Shown here: positions 1-12,933 of the stretch, in pieces
Position numbering within the stretch: the stretch's first letter is position 1
How the letters are laid out: each line of letters opens with the position of its first letter
Assembly: GCF_001194135.2 (NCBI RefSeq)
Contig: NC_068984.1
Span: forward strand, 121,405,465 to 121,460,629
From: Octopus bimaculoides
Lineage: Eukaryota
Direction of reading: 5' to 3'
DNA length: 55,165 nucleotides
Notes under the pieces: model-generated
What the model was told of the DNA's origin: nothing
The model's input: only the letters and a program-made list of their open reading frames with translations
Databases searched by the model: none
Made by a program: the position numbers and the translations under genes

Positions 1-540
1 CCCGAGAGCGGGGATGAAAGGCAAATCCGACCTCGGCAGGGTTTGAACTCGCGACGTAGGAGCCGGAACAAGTACTGCAAGGAATTTTGCTCGACATTCT
101 CAGTGCCAGTCCACCACTTTAAGCATTTCTATAGCGATATGGTCGCCAACAGGTTATTAAATACATTCATATAGTAGCAGGCGTGGCTGTGTGGTAAGAA
201 ATTTGCTTCCCAGCCACATCGTTCCAGGTTCAGCCCACTGCCTGGTATCTTGGACAAGTGTATTCTTTTATAGCCTTGGGCTGTTTAAAGCTTTGTGAAT
301 GGATTTGGTAGACAGAAACTGAAAGAAGACCGTCGTATACATACATGTGTGTGTGTACGCGTCCGTGTGTGTGTGTGTGTGAAAATAACATATTATATTA
401 TGCCTAAAATTGCAGGAGAGTCATTGACAAAACTTTTATAATTCAATGCATAAGAAATACACGATTATCTGATGACTATTGCTGTTTTTCAGACGAGATA
501 ATTTTGTAAAGCATAAATCAAATATAAATTCCGTTTTATT

Positions 541-690
541 GGATTTTCACTAAAGCGTGTTAGATTTTCACTAAAATGCGTTATATGTTCACTAAAATGC
601 GATAGATTTTCACTGAAACGTTAGACTTTCACTAAAATGCGTTAGATTTTCACTAAAACACATTAGATTCTCACAACAATGCGTTAGATA
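541..690 (+). repeat. ~21-bp minisatellite (gattttcactaaaatgcgtta), about 7 copies
   Basis: Directly visible tandem units. Confidence 0.85.
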
Positions 691-1170
691 TTTTCTAATA
701 GGTCAAGTACTATAGTACCTGGCCTTTCAGTCTTTATGACATAACAGAAGTAAAACAGAAAACTGAAAACGAAACTTTATTCTTTTATAAAATTCTTTTA
801 ATTGACTGACTACCTGACTGACTGACTGCAACATTATTCTAAACTACACGCATGCCGGGATATGTGAATGATAGTTCATGCTTTCATTCTGATAACATTA
901 TGATTAATAAGACGCACTCATTCATCATCATATGCAACCTATATAGATAACGATGGATATACATAACTGCCGCAAACTGGAATATTGGGAGAAATCATCT
1001 CATGGGAAAATGGCAATCTAGTGTTCTGCAATAACTCAAACAAAAACAATCGCTATTCGTATCAAAGAAATACTTTTGTAAAACACAATCGCCACCTTCG
1101 CATATACGGTACACTATTAAATCCTTCAAAATCGCTCCGAATATTAGACGTCACACTATCAGACGATCGT

Positions 1171-1430
1171 TTACATACATACATACATACATACATACAC
1201 AGATACATACATACATGTATACACACACACTGCATGCATGCATAATTACATGCATACATACATACACAGATACATACATACACACACACACACTACATGC
1301 ATAATTACATACATACATACATACATAGACAGACAGTCACACATACACACACACAGACATGCATACATACATACATACATACATACATACATACATACAT
1401 ACATACATACATACATACATACATACATAG
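1171..1430 (+). repeat. (TACA)n/(CA)n microsatellite. Many more simple repeats at e.g. 2895-3010, 3710-3936, 8890-8955, 12170-12280, 12738-12950, 18884-19030, 28520-28596, 31628-31680, 54015-54060
   Basis: Directly visible; these generate the spurious MYVC/HTYI ORFs. Confidence 0.95.
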
Positions 1431-1489
1431 TAACAGGAGATAGCTATTAAATTCCTGATAAACAAAAGTGACAAATATACCGCCAAACC

Positions 1490-2400
1490 TCCACGTTGTG
1501 ATAAAAAAAAATGTCGGCTCTGCTATGACTGTGGAAGATACCCACATCATCAGCAATTGCCCCAAAGTTTCTACAAGACACTACCTGGCCCTGAGGCATG
1601 ATATAGTTGCAAAGACTATTTACAATGCAATTCGTATGAAGGACTGCTTTGATGTATACATCAAAGATATGTCAGAACCAGAAGGTATTCAGACCTTTAG
1701 AAACAAGGAATACTGGCGAAACACCCCAATAAAAACCTCAATTTGGTGCAAACATAACAGTCCTGATATTGTCCTATGAGACAGAGAGCAAAAGTCATGC
1801 AGTGTTGTAGTGGTTAGTTGCTCAGCAGAAGTGAATATACAGGGTGTCCACAAAGTCTGGGTACATGGGGATTAACACATACTTAAAGAAATTGTGGGTG
1901 ACCAGTCTCATGGCTGGCCGTCCACACTTTTTTCTGCAAAATAGGGGTAGTTTATCTTGTTCGGGCTATATTATTAGCATTATCCTGCGTTTGAGAATTT
2001 AAAATCACTTCTTTAACTTTCTAAGACATCTCAACGCTTCTAAAAGCAAACTTCGTTTGTTTGTTTACGTTTATCGTAATTTGAATTGAAGAAATTATTA
2101 TTTCTTATATTTAATTATTTAAGTTATCATTTTATTTACACCATGTACCCACATGGGGATTAACACATACTTTAAGAAATTATTATTTCTTATATTTAAT
2201 TGTTTATGTTATGATTTTATATACTCCATGTAGCTAGACCTTGTGGACACCCTGTACAATCAAATGTCCTGGGAAAAGAGAACATTTATCGCGAATTAAT
2301 GCGAAACTTACTACTCTTGTACCCTGACTATAAATTGTCATTTGTACCTACCATCATAGGTGCATTAGATTATGTACCAATAAGATTACACAAAAACCTA
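1490..2400 (+). mobile_element. Decayed R4/Dong-like non-LTR retrotransposon, C-terminal zinc knuckle/RLE region, interrupted by a MITE
   Basis: HIISNCPK...RHDIVAK...KHNSPDIVL*DRE. After removing 1840-2254 the frame continues EVNIQSNVLGKENIYRELMRNL...VPTIIGAL. Confidence 0.75.
1840..2254. mobile_element. Tc1/mariner-type MITE
   Basis: TIRs cagggtgtccacaaagtctgggtacatgg / ccatgtagctagaccttgtggacaccctg; TA duplication at 1838-39 and 2255-56. Confidence 0.8.
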
Positions 2401-2653
2401 CTAGTGGCACGGTGAAGATTTGTAAGATATTCCAGAAATTCTCCATACGAGATTCTTATGTGAATTGATGCACATATCTGGATGTATGCATCGACAGTTC
2501 AACCAACATGCCAATTCAACCACACATTTACAAACACCGGGAACTCTCTTAACTCAAAAGGTCTTGTTGCTTTGCTATCAACAGGGTTGAACTCTCTCAA
2601 GAAGAACTTAGATTAAACTCAAAGAAAACGCATGCATACATACATACATACAT

Positions 2654-2830
2654 AGCTGGCCACCTACACAATTTTCTGCAAAATAGGGGTAGTTAATTCT
2701 GTTCAGGCTATATCATTAGCATTATCCTGCGTTTGAGAATTTAAAATCACTTCTTTAACTTTCTAAGACATCTCAACCTTTCTAAAAGCAAACTTCGTTT
2801 GTTTGTTTACGTTCATCATAATTTGAATTT
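2654..2830 (+). repeat. Second copy of the MITE-internal segment (direct repeat of ~1905-2080)
   Basis: Near-identical ttttctgcaaaataggggtag...gtttgtttgtttacg segment in both places. Confidence 0.75.
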
Positions 2831-2892
2831 AATATAAATATAAATTATATATATGCATGTATGAGTATACGCACATGCACATATAACTCACG

Positions 2893-2928
<36 letters not shown>

Positions 2929-3059
2929 TACATACATACATACATACATACATACATACAANNNNNNNNNNCACAAACATACATACATACATACATACAT
3001 ACATACATACAAAGTCCCACAACCACTCACAACAGTGAGTGCTTCTGTTACTCCCCTTT

Positions 3060-3700
3060 TTCCTTAGAAATGATAAGGAGCAAATTGAGTCGGATATCAT
3101 TCACTATCAAAAGTTATCTTTCAGGGAGATAGCCTGTCGGTGCTGCTCTTTGTCGTCTCATAAAACCCACTATCATAACTGTTCACAAAATATAGTATCT
3201 CCCATTTTTTCTTTGTCGACAACCTGAAATAGTATGAGCCAAATATCAATTACAAAAAAAAAGACAATTGCATCTTATAACCCAGTTTTCTACAGATATT
3301 GGGACGGAATGTGGTGAGTCCAAATGTACATTTTTAACAACAAAAGGTGGAGAAGTTGTGCCATCCTCTGAAAATCTAAGAATGAACGGTCAGGTGACAA
3401 TTATTGGAATCTTGGATAAGATGAGAATGTCTGATATGATGGACTCATAAATAAGGTGGGGACCAGGAATGAATACCTCAAGAGATTAATGAGAATACGG
3501 TAATCAGAACTCTCAGCTTACAACAAGCATATTGCTCACAACACCGTTGCAATGCATGTCCTCGCGCCTATGTTTGGCCTTCTGAACTGGTCACTGCAAG
3601 AACTCAATGCAATGGAGGTTCAAACTCGCTGCTTCACCAAAACCAACACAGAAAGAAAGCCCAAACACACTGAAAGGTGAAGCCAGTAAAGACAGATGTA
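3060..3700 (+). mobile_element. Decayed R4/Dong-like RT fragment
   Basis: Frameshifted FQGDSLSVLLFV, FFVDNLK, FSTDIGTECGESKC, VAMHVLAPMFGLLNWSLQEL. Confidence 0.65.
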
Positions 3701-3877
3701 AAGAAGGTATATATTTCTATAAATATATACATATACATATAAGTATGTATATATGTAAATATATATATAGGTGCGTGTATATATATTTATACACACACAC
3801 ACATATATACACACACACACACATACTTATATATATTTACATATACACATATAAATATGTAAATGAATATAAGTATA

Positions 3878-3936
<59 letters not shown>

Positions 3937-4040
3937 NNNNNNNNNNNNNNNNNNNNNNNNNNNNNNNNNNNNNNNNNNNNNNNNNNNNNNNNNNNNNNNN
4001 NNNNNNNNNNNNNNNNNNNNNNNNNNNNNNNNNNNNTATA

Positions 4041-4130
4041 TAGGCGCAGGAGTGGCTTCAGGCGCAGGAGTGGCTTCAGGCATAGGAGTGGCTTCAGGCG
4101 CTAGAGCGGCTTTAGGCACAGGAGTGGCTG
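4041..4130 (+). repeat. 18-bp tandem amplification of the SINE B head (ggcgcaggagtggcttca)
   Basis: About four units immediately precede the SINE body. Confidence 0.8.
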
Positions 4131-4495
4131 TGTGGTAAGTAACTTGCTTACCAACCATATGGTTCCGGGTTGAGTTCCACTGCGTTGCACCTTGGGCAAG
4201 TATCTTCTACTATAGCCTCGGGCCGACCAAAGCCTTGTGAGTGGATTTGGTAGACGGAAACTGAAAGAAGCCCGTCATGCGTGTGTGTTGATGTGTATGT
4301 GTTTGTCCCCCACCATCGCTTGACAACCGATACTGGTGTGTTTACGTCCCCGTAAGCTAGTGGTTCAGTAAAAGAGACCGATAGAATAAGTGCTAGACTT
4401 ACAAAGAATAAGTCCTGCTGTCGATTTGTTCGACTAAAGGCGGTGCTCCAGCATGGCCGCAGTCAAGTGATTGAAACAAATAATTGAATAAAAGA
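4112..4495 (+). mobile_element. tRNA-derived SINE family B (CORE-like). Other copies ~177-345(+), 7030-7290(+), 9670-10010(-), 19570-19955, 24480-24745(+), 30600-30735(-), 31960-32130(-), 38445-38835(-), 38865-39170(+), 39695-39815(+), 47850-48010(+)
   Basis: gtggctgtgtggtaag...ggttccgggtt(B box)...ccttgggcaagtgtcttc (CORE-like), microsatellite middle and conserved tail. Confidence 0.85.
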
Positions 4496-4759
4496 ATATA
4501 TATGTATATACATACATACATACATATATATAGACATACAGAACTGGAAAATGCGAGAAGATATTCGTTTTTGTCGTTCTCCTTCACTTCAAAGGTGGTT
4601 TCGTTTCGCCCATTTTTGAAGTATTCTATGCATTTTAACACTATACTTCTTTCAAAAAGGGATCTCCCTTTGACGCGACAAATTACAGATTCTAACGTTT
4701 AACAAATATGTGATACTGATAATGTCTACATCATTGAGCTGTTTCGAACACTACCAGAT

Positions 4760-4946
4760 TCGAACAGTCACGTGTGTAACTGCCCGAAACTGTAAGGGCC
4801 ATCTGGAAACTTGACTGATGAAAGAAGACCACGACTGACCCGTCCTTTTTTTTTTCCTGTCCCTCTATTTGTTGTTTATCCTGTCCGACTTTGTATCGTC
4901 AATCTGTTCTCTATTGCGTTTTTGTTCCATTTGTATATATGGATAT
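4760..4946 (+). repeat. Interspersed repeat, second copy at ~12550-12740
   Basis: Shared gtgtaactgccc..aa.tgtaagg...ctggaaacttgactgatgaaagaag...gacccgtcctttttt. Confidence 0.7.
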
Positions 4947-5478
4947 NNNNNNNNNNNNNNNNNNNNNNNNNNNNNNNNNNNNNNNNNNNNNNNNNNNNNN
5001 NNNNNNNNNNNNNNNNNNNNNNNNNNNNNNNNNNNNNNNNNNNNNNNNNNNNNNNNNNNNNNNNNNNNNNNNNNNNNNNNNNNNNNNNNNNNNNNNNNNN
5101 NNNNNNNNNNNNNNNNNNNNNNNNNNNNNNNNNNNNNNNNNNNNNNNNNNNNNNNNNNNNNNNNNNNNNNNNNNNNNNNNNNNNNNNNNNNNNNNNNNNN
5201 NNNNNNNNNNNNNNNNNNNNNNNNNNNNNNNNNNNNNNNNNNNNNNNNNNNNNNNNNNNNNNNNNNNNNNNNNNNNNNNNNNNNNNNNNNNNNNNNTCTC
5301 ACAAATATAAGGACACAGGAAATGTGTCAAGGCCGACAGGAAGCGGTCCAGCTTCCCAGGGCTAAATAGCAGCAGTATGATTGCCTTATTGGGACTGTCA
5401 CATTAAGTTGACAGTATACAACTGCTTTATCGTAACACTGCTGCTTAAGTCTCTCTATGAGATTTATAGCTAGATCAT

Positions 5479-5509
<31 letters not shown>

Positions 5510-6230
5510 TAATCATAAGGACACATAAAAGTGTCTACCCGCTAGAAATGAGAGTTAAAATCCTCATTTGGACCACCGAAAAAATTAACACTGAAAATAA
5601 CAGATTCAATAATATATGAACAAGCGGATCGAAAAAATTCTCTCACATACCTATATAGCATAAGGCTATATATTTAATGGTACAGGTATATATGTGGACC
5701 GATTTCTGGTTTGATATAAAAATCTTACCTTCTTCAGCACATCTTAACCTTTTGAAACGCCTTCTCAACCTGCCACATTCAAATTCTGATGGTGTCCAGA
5801 ATTGCTTAGCACCAAAATATAGCTATATAATGCTAATTTAGGTCTGCAACCATCTATATTAATATTGTTGTTACTATCAACTATTTGTGTTGCCTTCGAT
5901 AATAATGACAATTTTAATATCTATATAAATATTCGCTTCTGAATATTTTTGCTGCTGATATATAATTTGTGTGTGTGTGTATGAGTTCGTTAGAGTTTCA
6001 TAGGCTTCTATCGATCCAACGCTTCGCAAAAGTCTGATGGAATTCCATTGAGATAGATAATTTGACGCACACAAGGTTTCTCATCTAACAACCTAGCAAT
6101 TCCGCAAATCTACTACCGTCAGCAGCTATTCTGTTCTCCAACTCCGATGGAATGAATGACAAAGGTGGCTTCATAACCTCAGCGGTATTTGAACTCTGAA
6201 CGCTCTGAGCTGGAGCAAATATTTTCTTTT

Positions 6231-6438
6231 ATACTCTAGACACAAGGCCCGAAATTTTGGGGGAGGGGAGCCAGTCGATTAGATCGACCCCAGTACACAA
6301 CTGGCACTTAATTTATCGACCCCGAAAGGATGAAAGGCAAAGTTGATCTCGACGGAATTTGAACTCAGAACGTAAAGACAGACGAAATACCGCTAAGCAT
6401 TTCGCCCGGCGTGCTAACGTTTCTGCCAGCTTGCTGCC
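6231..6438 (-). mobile_element. tRNA-derived SINE family A. Other copies ~1-118(-), 7300-7448(-), 7490-7680(-), 8035-8237(-), 9301-9535(+), 30083-30298(+), 33244-33460(+), 37120-37332(-), 43660-44056(-, two), 48050-48265(+), 53820-54290(-, two), 54290-54455(+)
   Basis: Head ggcggcgagctggcag...gagttcaaattcc (B box), then ctttgcctttcatcctttcggggtcgataaa..aagtaccag; recurs throughout the window. Confidence 0.85.
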
Positions 6439-7696
6439 TTAGTATATGTACCTATATTGCCTGAATGCTTCCTATGGCTTACCAATCGAAGTCCATTCCA
6501 CAGAGAAGAAATCTTTCATCATCTTTGCTGACGAGCGAATTCAAACTACTAAATTAACCCCGCCATCAACAGTAAGCAAGTTACTGCAGCAACAGCTCAA
6601 ACATCCTTTCGTAACTTATAGCTGTTCTAGTACACCAGTATGAGATCATTATTAAAGGACATTCACTTTCACGCCAGTACAAGCGTTCTTTACATCTTAT
6701 GCCAAGCCCATACGCTAAACAGCAGCTTCTTGTACAAAGCCATGAATGAATATAACACCTTCAGGAAGTTGTATTTGAAATCATCTCAAATGACGGAATC
6801 GAAATACTTAGATGTCGAGCACAAACAACGTCACGTCCTTGCCTAATTGAAAATGTAGTAAAACCAACAAAATTAGGCGCAGTGAAACATAAGTGAATTG
6901 CAGCCATTCACTTATAATGTATTATATATAAGGACAAATATATGCGTATGTGTGTGCACATATACGTATGTATGTGTACATATACATACACACACGCGCG
7001 TTTGCACATACATATGCATATATGTCTATAATCGCTGTGTGGTAAGAAGCTTGCTTCCTAACCACATGGTTTCGGGTTCCGTCCCACTGCAGGGCTCCTT
7101 GGGCAAGTGTCTTCTTCTATAGCCTCGGGCCGACTAAAGCCTTGTGAGTGTATTTGGTAGGCGGAAACTAAAAGAAACCTGTGGTATGCGTGTGTGTGTG
7201 TGCGCGCGCGCGCCCGTCGCACCATCTCTTGACAACCGGTGTTGGTGTCTTTATGTCCCCGTAACTCAGCGATTCGGCATAAGGAAGTCAACTACATGGA
7301 CAACTGACACTTATTTTATCGATTCCAAAAAGGATGAAAGGCAAAAATCGACCTTGGTGGTATTTGAAATCAGAACGTAAGGAGCCGGAAGAAATTCAAC
7401 CAAGTAGTTTGTCCGGTGTGTTAACGACTCTGTCATTTCGCCGCCTTGAAGCTGTTCAAATGAAAGTTTCTCATTTAAAGTCATAACCACAAATTTGGGA
7501 AGAGGAATCATTCGATAACATCGACCTTATCATTTGACTGGTACCCTATTTTATCGACCCCAGGAGGATGAAAAACAAGGTTGACTTCAGTAGGATTTGA
7601 ATTCAGAATGTAACGAACCGAAACAACTATCGCATGGCATTTTTTTCGGACACTCTAACGATTCTGATTCCTCGCCGTCCTACACTCTATACTAAT

Positions 7697-8014
7697 TTAT
7701 TTTTATTTATGCGCCCTTTTAAATCCTAGTCAGGCTCATGGTCCCGGTTTCCCGGTTTCTATGGCGTATGTGTTCCCCCCAGCTGGACGGGACGCCAGTC
7801 CATCGCAGCGTTACTCAAGAAACAGGAAGAAAGAGTGAGTGAAAGCTGGGGCGAAAGAGTACAACAGGGGTCGCCACCCCACCCCCCTGCCGGAGCCTCG
7901 TGAAGCTTTAAGTGTTTTCGCTCAATAAACACACACAACGCCTGGTCTGGGAATCGAAACCGCGATCCTCCGACCGCGAGTCCGCTGCCCTAACCACTGG
8001 GCCATTGTGCCTCC
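7697..8014 (-). mobile_element. Young tRNA-derived SINE family C with a 15-bp target-site duplication
   Basis: A box TGGCCCAGTGG and B box GTTTCGATTCC on -; TSD acactctatactaat at 7682-7696 and 8015-8029. Confidence 0.85.
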
Positions 8015-8249
8015 ACACTCTATACTAATAATGGTTACAAATTTTGGAACAAAATCAGCAATTTTAGGGAAAAGATTGGTCGTTGACCCCAGTGTTCAAC
8101 TGGTACTTATTTTATTGACCCCGAAAGAATGAAAGGAAAAGCCACCCTCGGCCGAATTTGAGCTCAGCCTGTAATGCCTGAAGAAATACCGCTAAGAATT
8201 TTGTGCTGGGTTTGACGATTCTGCCAGCTCGTTGCCTTCACAATCTATA

Positions 8250-8600
8250 CTAAAAGTAACTATAGAATAAGCGAAACCAACACAGATAAACTGTGAGGCT
8301 ATGGATTTGCATACCATATGGGGCATATAATCTTACTATTGATGGAATTTCAATAAGGTGCTGAATTTCAGCTAGAGAAACAAAGAGCAGTAACAGGTAT
8401 TGCAAATTATCGTATTTGACACCCTTAACAATTCCGTCCAACGTAACACTACAACCTACGTGGGAGAAATGGTCCGCAGTGTAGGGGAGAAAACTGGAAG
8501 CTTTGTTGTGGTTACAATGAAAAAAGACTGGAACCTGTGCTCACTCCTCCCATCACTCCTCGAGACCCTGAGAAAGTCATAACCCCTTTCATGGAGGTAA
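8250..8600 (-). mobile_element. Highly decayed LINE RT fragment
   Basis: Antisense frame TADHFSHVGCSVTLDG resembles RTE-like (D)xFxYLGSxxTxDG. Confidence 0.3.
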
Positions 8601-8895
8601 GAATACAGTTTTAGCCGTTTGTGAAAAAAAAAAAAGAAGACCCTGAAACGAAATTCTTCGAAGCGAAAACCCCTTCTGGGTGTGATGGAATTATTACCCT
8701 TCCACATGTTCCAGTTGTGTCCGAAAATAGTTTTTACATACATAAGCTTTTACAAGGAAAAAGTTGACAGTAACTTCGAAGTTCAATAAACATATATCCT
8801 ACTAAAAATAATTTGAGTAACCCTTCAATTTGATGTTAAATTGTATCTATATGTTACTTGAAATAAAGCCAAACATTCATAAATGCATGTGTGTT

Positions 8896-8932
<37 letters not shown>

Positions 8933-10015
8933 ATGTATGTATGTATGTATGTATGTCTCACATGTAGTAGCATATAAGCGTGTCTGTATGTTGCATCGTT
9001 TCTGACAAGAAATAGAGAGGAGGATATTAGCGTCTAAGGGAGGTAAGTTTTATCTGTCTTTTATTTCATTCTTTCTTATTTGGTATTTTAGTGAGAAGTG
9101 AAATATTTTTGCATGTTTTATTATATATCTTGGTATCTGAAGCAGCTGGAGATACGATAGTTTGACCAAAAGAACCGGCTATTGCAAGCAAAAATAAATA
9201 TTGAAAAAAATGCATTTGCCCAAATTTGGACATACGATAGTTTAACATAATAGCAATGTAATAATTTGAGATCAAACTGTTTCAATATGACAATATCGAA
9301 GGACGGCGAGCTGGCAGAAACGATAGCACGTCGGGCGAAAAGCTTAGCGGTATTTCGTCTGTCGTTACGTTCTGAGTTCAAACTCCGTCGAGGTGGACTT
9401 TGCCTTTCATCCTTTCGGGGTCGATTAAATAAGTACCAGTTACGCACTGAGGTTCGATATGATCGACTTAAACCCTTTGTCTGTCCTTATTTGTCTCCTC
9501 TTTGTTTAACCCCCTGTGGGCAATAAAGAAATAAATATGACAATATCGAAGTGTGTTATGTTAATAAATGAGTTATCCCATCTTGGTTGTGGTTATCTCA
9601 CCTTGTTAGTGTAATCTCAGATAATCAGTCAAGCTGCGGTCTGTGGACTTTCTGGATTTATCTTCTGCCTTTTCAGTCATTTTACTGTGGCCATGCTGGA
9701 GCCCCGCCTTGAAGAACTTTTAGTCGAATAAAGCGACTCCAGTACTTATTTTTTGGTAAGCCTGGCACTTATTCTATCGGTGTCTCTTTGCCGGACCGCT
9801 AAGTTGCGTAGACGTAAACATGCCAACACCGGTTGTCCAGCGGTGGTGGAGAAATGAGACTTGTTTCAGCTTATAAAATCCACTCACAAGGCTTTGGTCA
9901 ACCCGAGGCTATAATAGAAGACACTTGCTCAAGCTGCCACGCAGTGCGACTGGACTTGAAACCATGTGATTGGGAAGAGAACTTCTTACCACACAGCCAC
10001 GCCTGCGTCTTTTAC

Positions 10016-10898
10016 NNNNNNNNNNNNNNNNNNNNNNNNNNNNNNNNNNNNNNNNNNNNNNNNNNNNNNNNNNNNNNNNNNNNNNNNNNNNNNNNNNNNN
10101 NNNNNNNNNNNNNNNNNNNNNNNNNNNNNNNNNNNNNNNNNNNNNNNNNNNNNNNNNNNNNNNNNNNNNNNNNNNNNNNNNNNNNNNNNNNNNNNNNNNN
10201 NNNNNNNNNNNNNNNNNNNNNNNNNNNNNNNNNNNNNNNNNNNNNNNNNNNNNNNNNNNNNNNNNNNNNNNNNNNNNNNNNNNNNNNNNNNNNNNNNNNN
10301 NNNNNNNNNNNNNNNNNNNNNNNNNNNNNNNNNNNNNNNNNNNNNNNNNNNNNNNNNNNNNNNNNNNNNNNNNNNNNNNNNNNNNNNNNNNNNNNNNNNN
10401 NNNNNNNNNNNNNNNNNNNNNNNNNNNNNNNNNNNNNNNNNNNNNNNNNNNNNNNNNNNNNNNNNNNNNNNNNNNNNNNNNNNNNNNNNNNNNNNNNNNN
10501 NNNNNNNNNNNNNNNNNNNNNNNNNNNNNNNNNNNNNNNNNNNNNNNNNNNNNNNNNNNNNNNNNNNNNNNNNNNNNNNNNNNNNNNNNNNNNNNNNNNN
10601 NNNNNNNNNNNNNNNNNNNNNNNNNNNNNNNNNNNNNNNNNNNNNNNNNNNNNNNNNNNNNNNNNNNNNNNNNNNNNNNNNNNNNNNNNNNNNNNNNNNN
10701 NNNNNNNNNNNNNNNNNNNNNNNNNNNNNNNNNNNNNNNNNNNNNNNNNNNNNNNNNNNNNNNNNNNNNNNNNNNNNNNNNNNNNNNNNNNNNNNNNNNN
10801 NNNNNNNNNNNNNNNNNNNNNNNNNNNNNNNNNNNNNNNNNNNNNNNNNNNNNNNNNNNNNNNNNNNNNNNNNNNNNNNNNNNNNNNNNNNNNNNNNN
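10016..10898. other. Assembly gap. Others at 2962-2971, 3937-4036, 4947-5295, 18590-18883, 21018-21077, 35575-36125
   Basis: Runs of N; long ORFs spanning them are artefacts. Confidence 0.98.
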
Positions 10899-11097
10899 CT
10901 CACAACCTCACGATTGTAGGCTCGGCGCTCTAACCACTGACCTATGCACCTTCACACATACACACATGTACCACACACACACACACACACACATAAGAAA
11001 TAATCAAGATTCAGTTGAATTAGGTACTTGAGTTGAGGCACCAAGTCAGTCCGGTATTGTGCGCACAGTTCAAACTTAGGTGAATAAAAGGCGATTA

Positions 11098-12157
11098 AGT
11101 AACAGGTATGTCCAAGTATTAGTGCATTACGGCCGTTTCAAGCGGCTCCGTTTAATCGATCAATGCAAGCATTACATCAATTTGAAATAAACCGCTCTCC
11201 TCGGACGCATAAGACCATATAGGGTTTCAACATACAGGATACTCCATCATAATTTTTAGCAAAATTTTCATCAGAACTAGAGAATAAAAGAATTACAATG
11301 CTTACTGCTATTGTTGTAGCAGAATGAATTTAGGGAGAAAATACTTAAAACCTACTATATTTTAAGTTGCAGAAGAAAATAACAAGGATGGGGTCAAGAA
11401 ATAGTAGTGGTGATATAACTACATTCATCTTTATCCTTATCATATTCAAAAGGATCAATGCACCAAGTATTCTACATCCCCTTAGAATTAAAAACCATTA
11501 GGAATTGACAGTTAAGTTCTTGCTACAGGTGATAAATTAATTAATGTCAGATACTCTTCGTTACCCTTATTTTACTGTGACTATAAATTCGCCATGTCTA
11601 CATAAAAGAACATGCCTCAAAAGATGCGAGCAAGATAATGGTATATGGATAATGACCAGAAAGAGGAAAGCAGGGGTGGCTATCAATTAAAAGGGGCCTA
11701 AAGTAGAAAATAAAGGAGGTCACAATGAGATATATGTGAATATTAAGGGTACAGGGTAGAAAAGTGTATTTCCAAATTTAGCAAAATTTGTATATTACTA
11801 TTAATATATTATTATATTTTGTATATTGAATAATAAAATTATATATATACGTATATAATAAAATCATATATATACGTATATATATATATATATATATAAA
11901 AGAAATATGTTATGATTATAAAATGTAAATACAAATATATAATTGTAAATAACATATTGTAATTCTTTTATTCTCTAGTTCTGATGAAAAATTTGCTAAA
12001 ATTTATAATGGAGTATCCTGTATGTTGAAAACTTATATAATCGCATGGGTCCGAGGAGAGCGGTTTATTTCAAACTGATGTAATGCTTGCATTGATCGAT
12101 TAAATGGAGCCGCTTGAAACGGCCGTAATGCACGAATACTTGGACATCCTTGTTACT
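11098..12157. mobile_element. Non-autonomous foldback DNA element with ~200-bp terminal inverted repeats
   Basis: 11098-~11300 is the reverse complement of ~11955-12157. TA on both flanks; AT-rich non-coding interior. Confidence 0.8.
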
Positions 12158-12251
12158 TATTTGCTTTATATGTGTGTGTATGTGCGTGTGTGTGTGTGTG
12201 TATAATATATATACGTACATACATACACATATACATACGTACGTACGTACA

Positions 12252-12282
<31 letters not shown>

Positions 12283-12736
12283 GTTCGGCCAGCGATGATC
12301 TTTCTTGGCTTGACATCTGTTATGCCCATCTCCTACGTTCCTGCCTCAAAGTTTTCACTCCATACACGCCAGCTCAATTTGATTCGTCCTAATTAGTCGA
12401 AAGACACTTGTCTGTATTTGTTATTTTGTAATATGTTCTCCGTTTTTTTATTTTTTTAACTTTTTTTGTCTTTGTTGTCGTACACATTCACTTGCTTTCT
12501 TACAAAAAATTTAATGCTCTTAGCTTAGACTTTTTGGGGACAACCAAATTTGAACAGTCTCAAGTGTAACTGCCCAAAATTGTAAGGACAATCTGGAAAC
12601 TTGACTGATGAAAGAAGGCCACGAATGACCCGTCCTTTTTTCCTGTCCCTCTTTTTGTTGTATTTTTTATCCACCTTTGTTACTGTCTATCTGTCCGGAT
12701 GTTTCATTGCACTCTAATGCGTCTTTGTTCCAATTT

Positions 12737-12802
<66 letters not shown>

Positions 12803-12879
12803 GGATGGACGGACGGACGGATGGATGAATGGATGGACGGACGGACGGATGAATGGATGAACGGACGGACGGACGAACG

Positions 12880-12933
<54 letters not shown>

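Noticed and set aside
765-776. ISRE-like GAAAACGAAACT
   Set aside because: Isolated, far from either gene, next to TE-like sequence and likely to occur by chance in AT-rich DNA.
985-1565. ORFs rich in MYVC/HTYI/CVCV repeats (also at 2829-3100, 12065-12396, 12704-12967, 18532-19063, 28329-28662)
   Set aside because: Translations of microsatellites.
4800-4840. CTGATGA as a hammerhead core (also ~12605)
   Set aside because: No downstream stem II or GAAA.
7697-8014. tRNA gene
   Set aside because: The A/B boxes belong to a SINE head with a TSD and a long unrelated body; no bona fide tRNA or rRNA gene was found in the window.
8372-9043. + strand exons ending at GAG|GTAAGA (~8597) and GAG|GTAAGT (~9043)
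   Set aside because: All frames of the first are interrupted and it overlaps an antisense LINE relic; no coherent gene model.
9833-11031. 300+ aa ORFs (also 4811-5369 and 35241-36334)
   Set aside because: Their length comes from N gaps; the flanks are SINE or LINE sequence.
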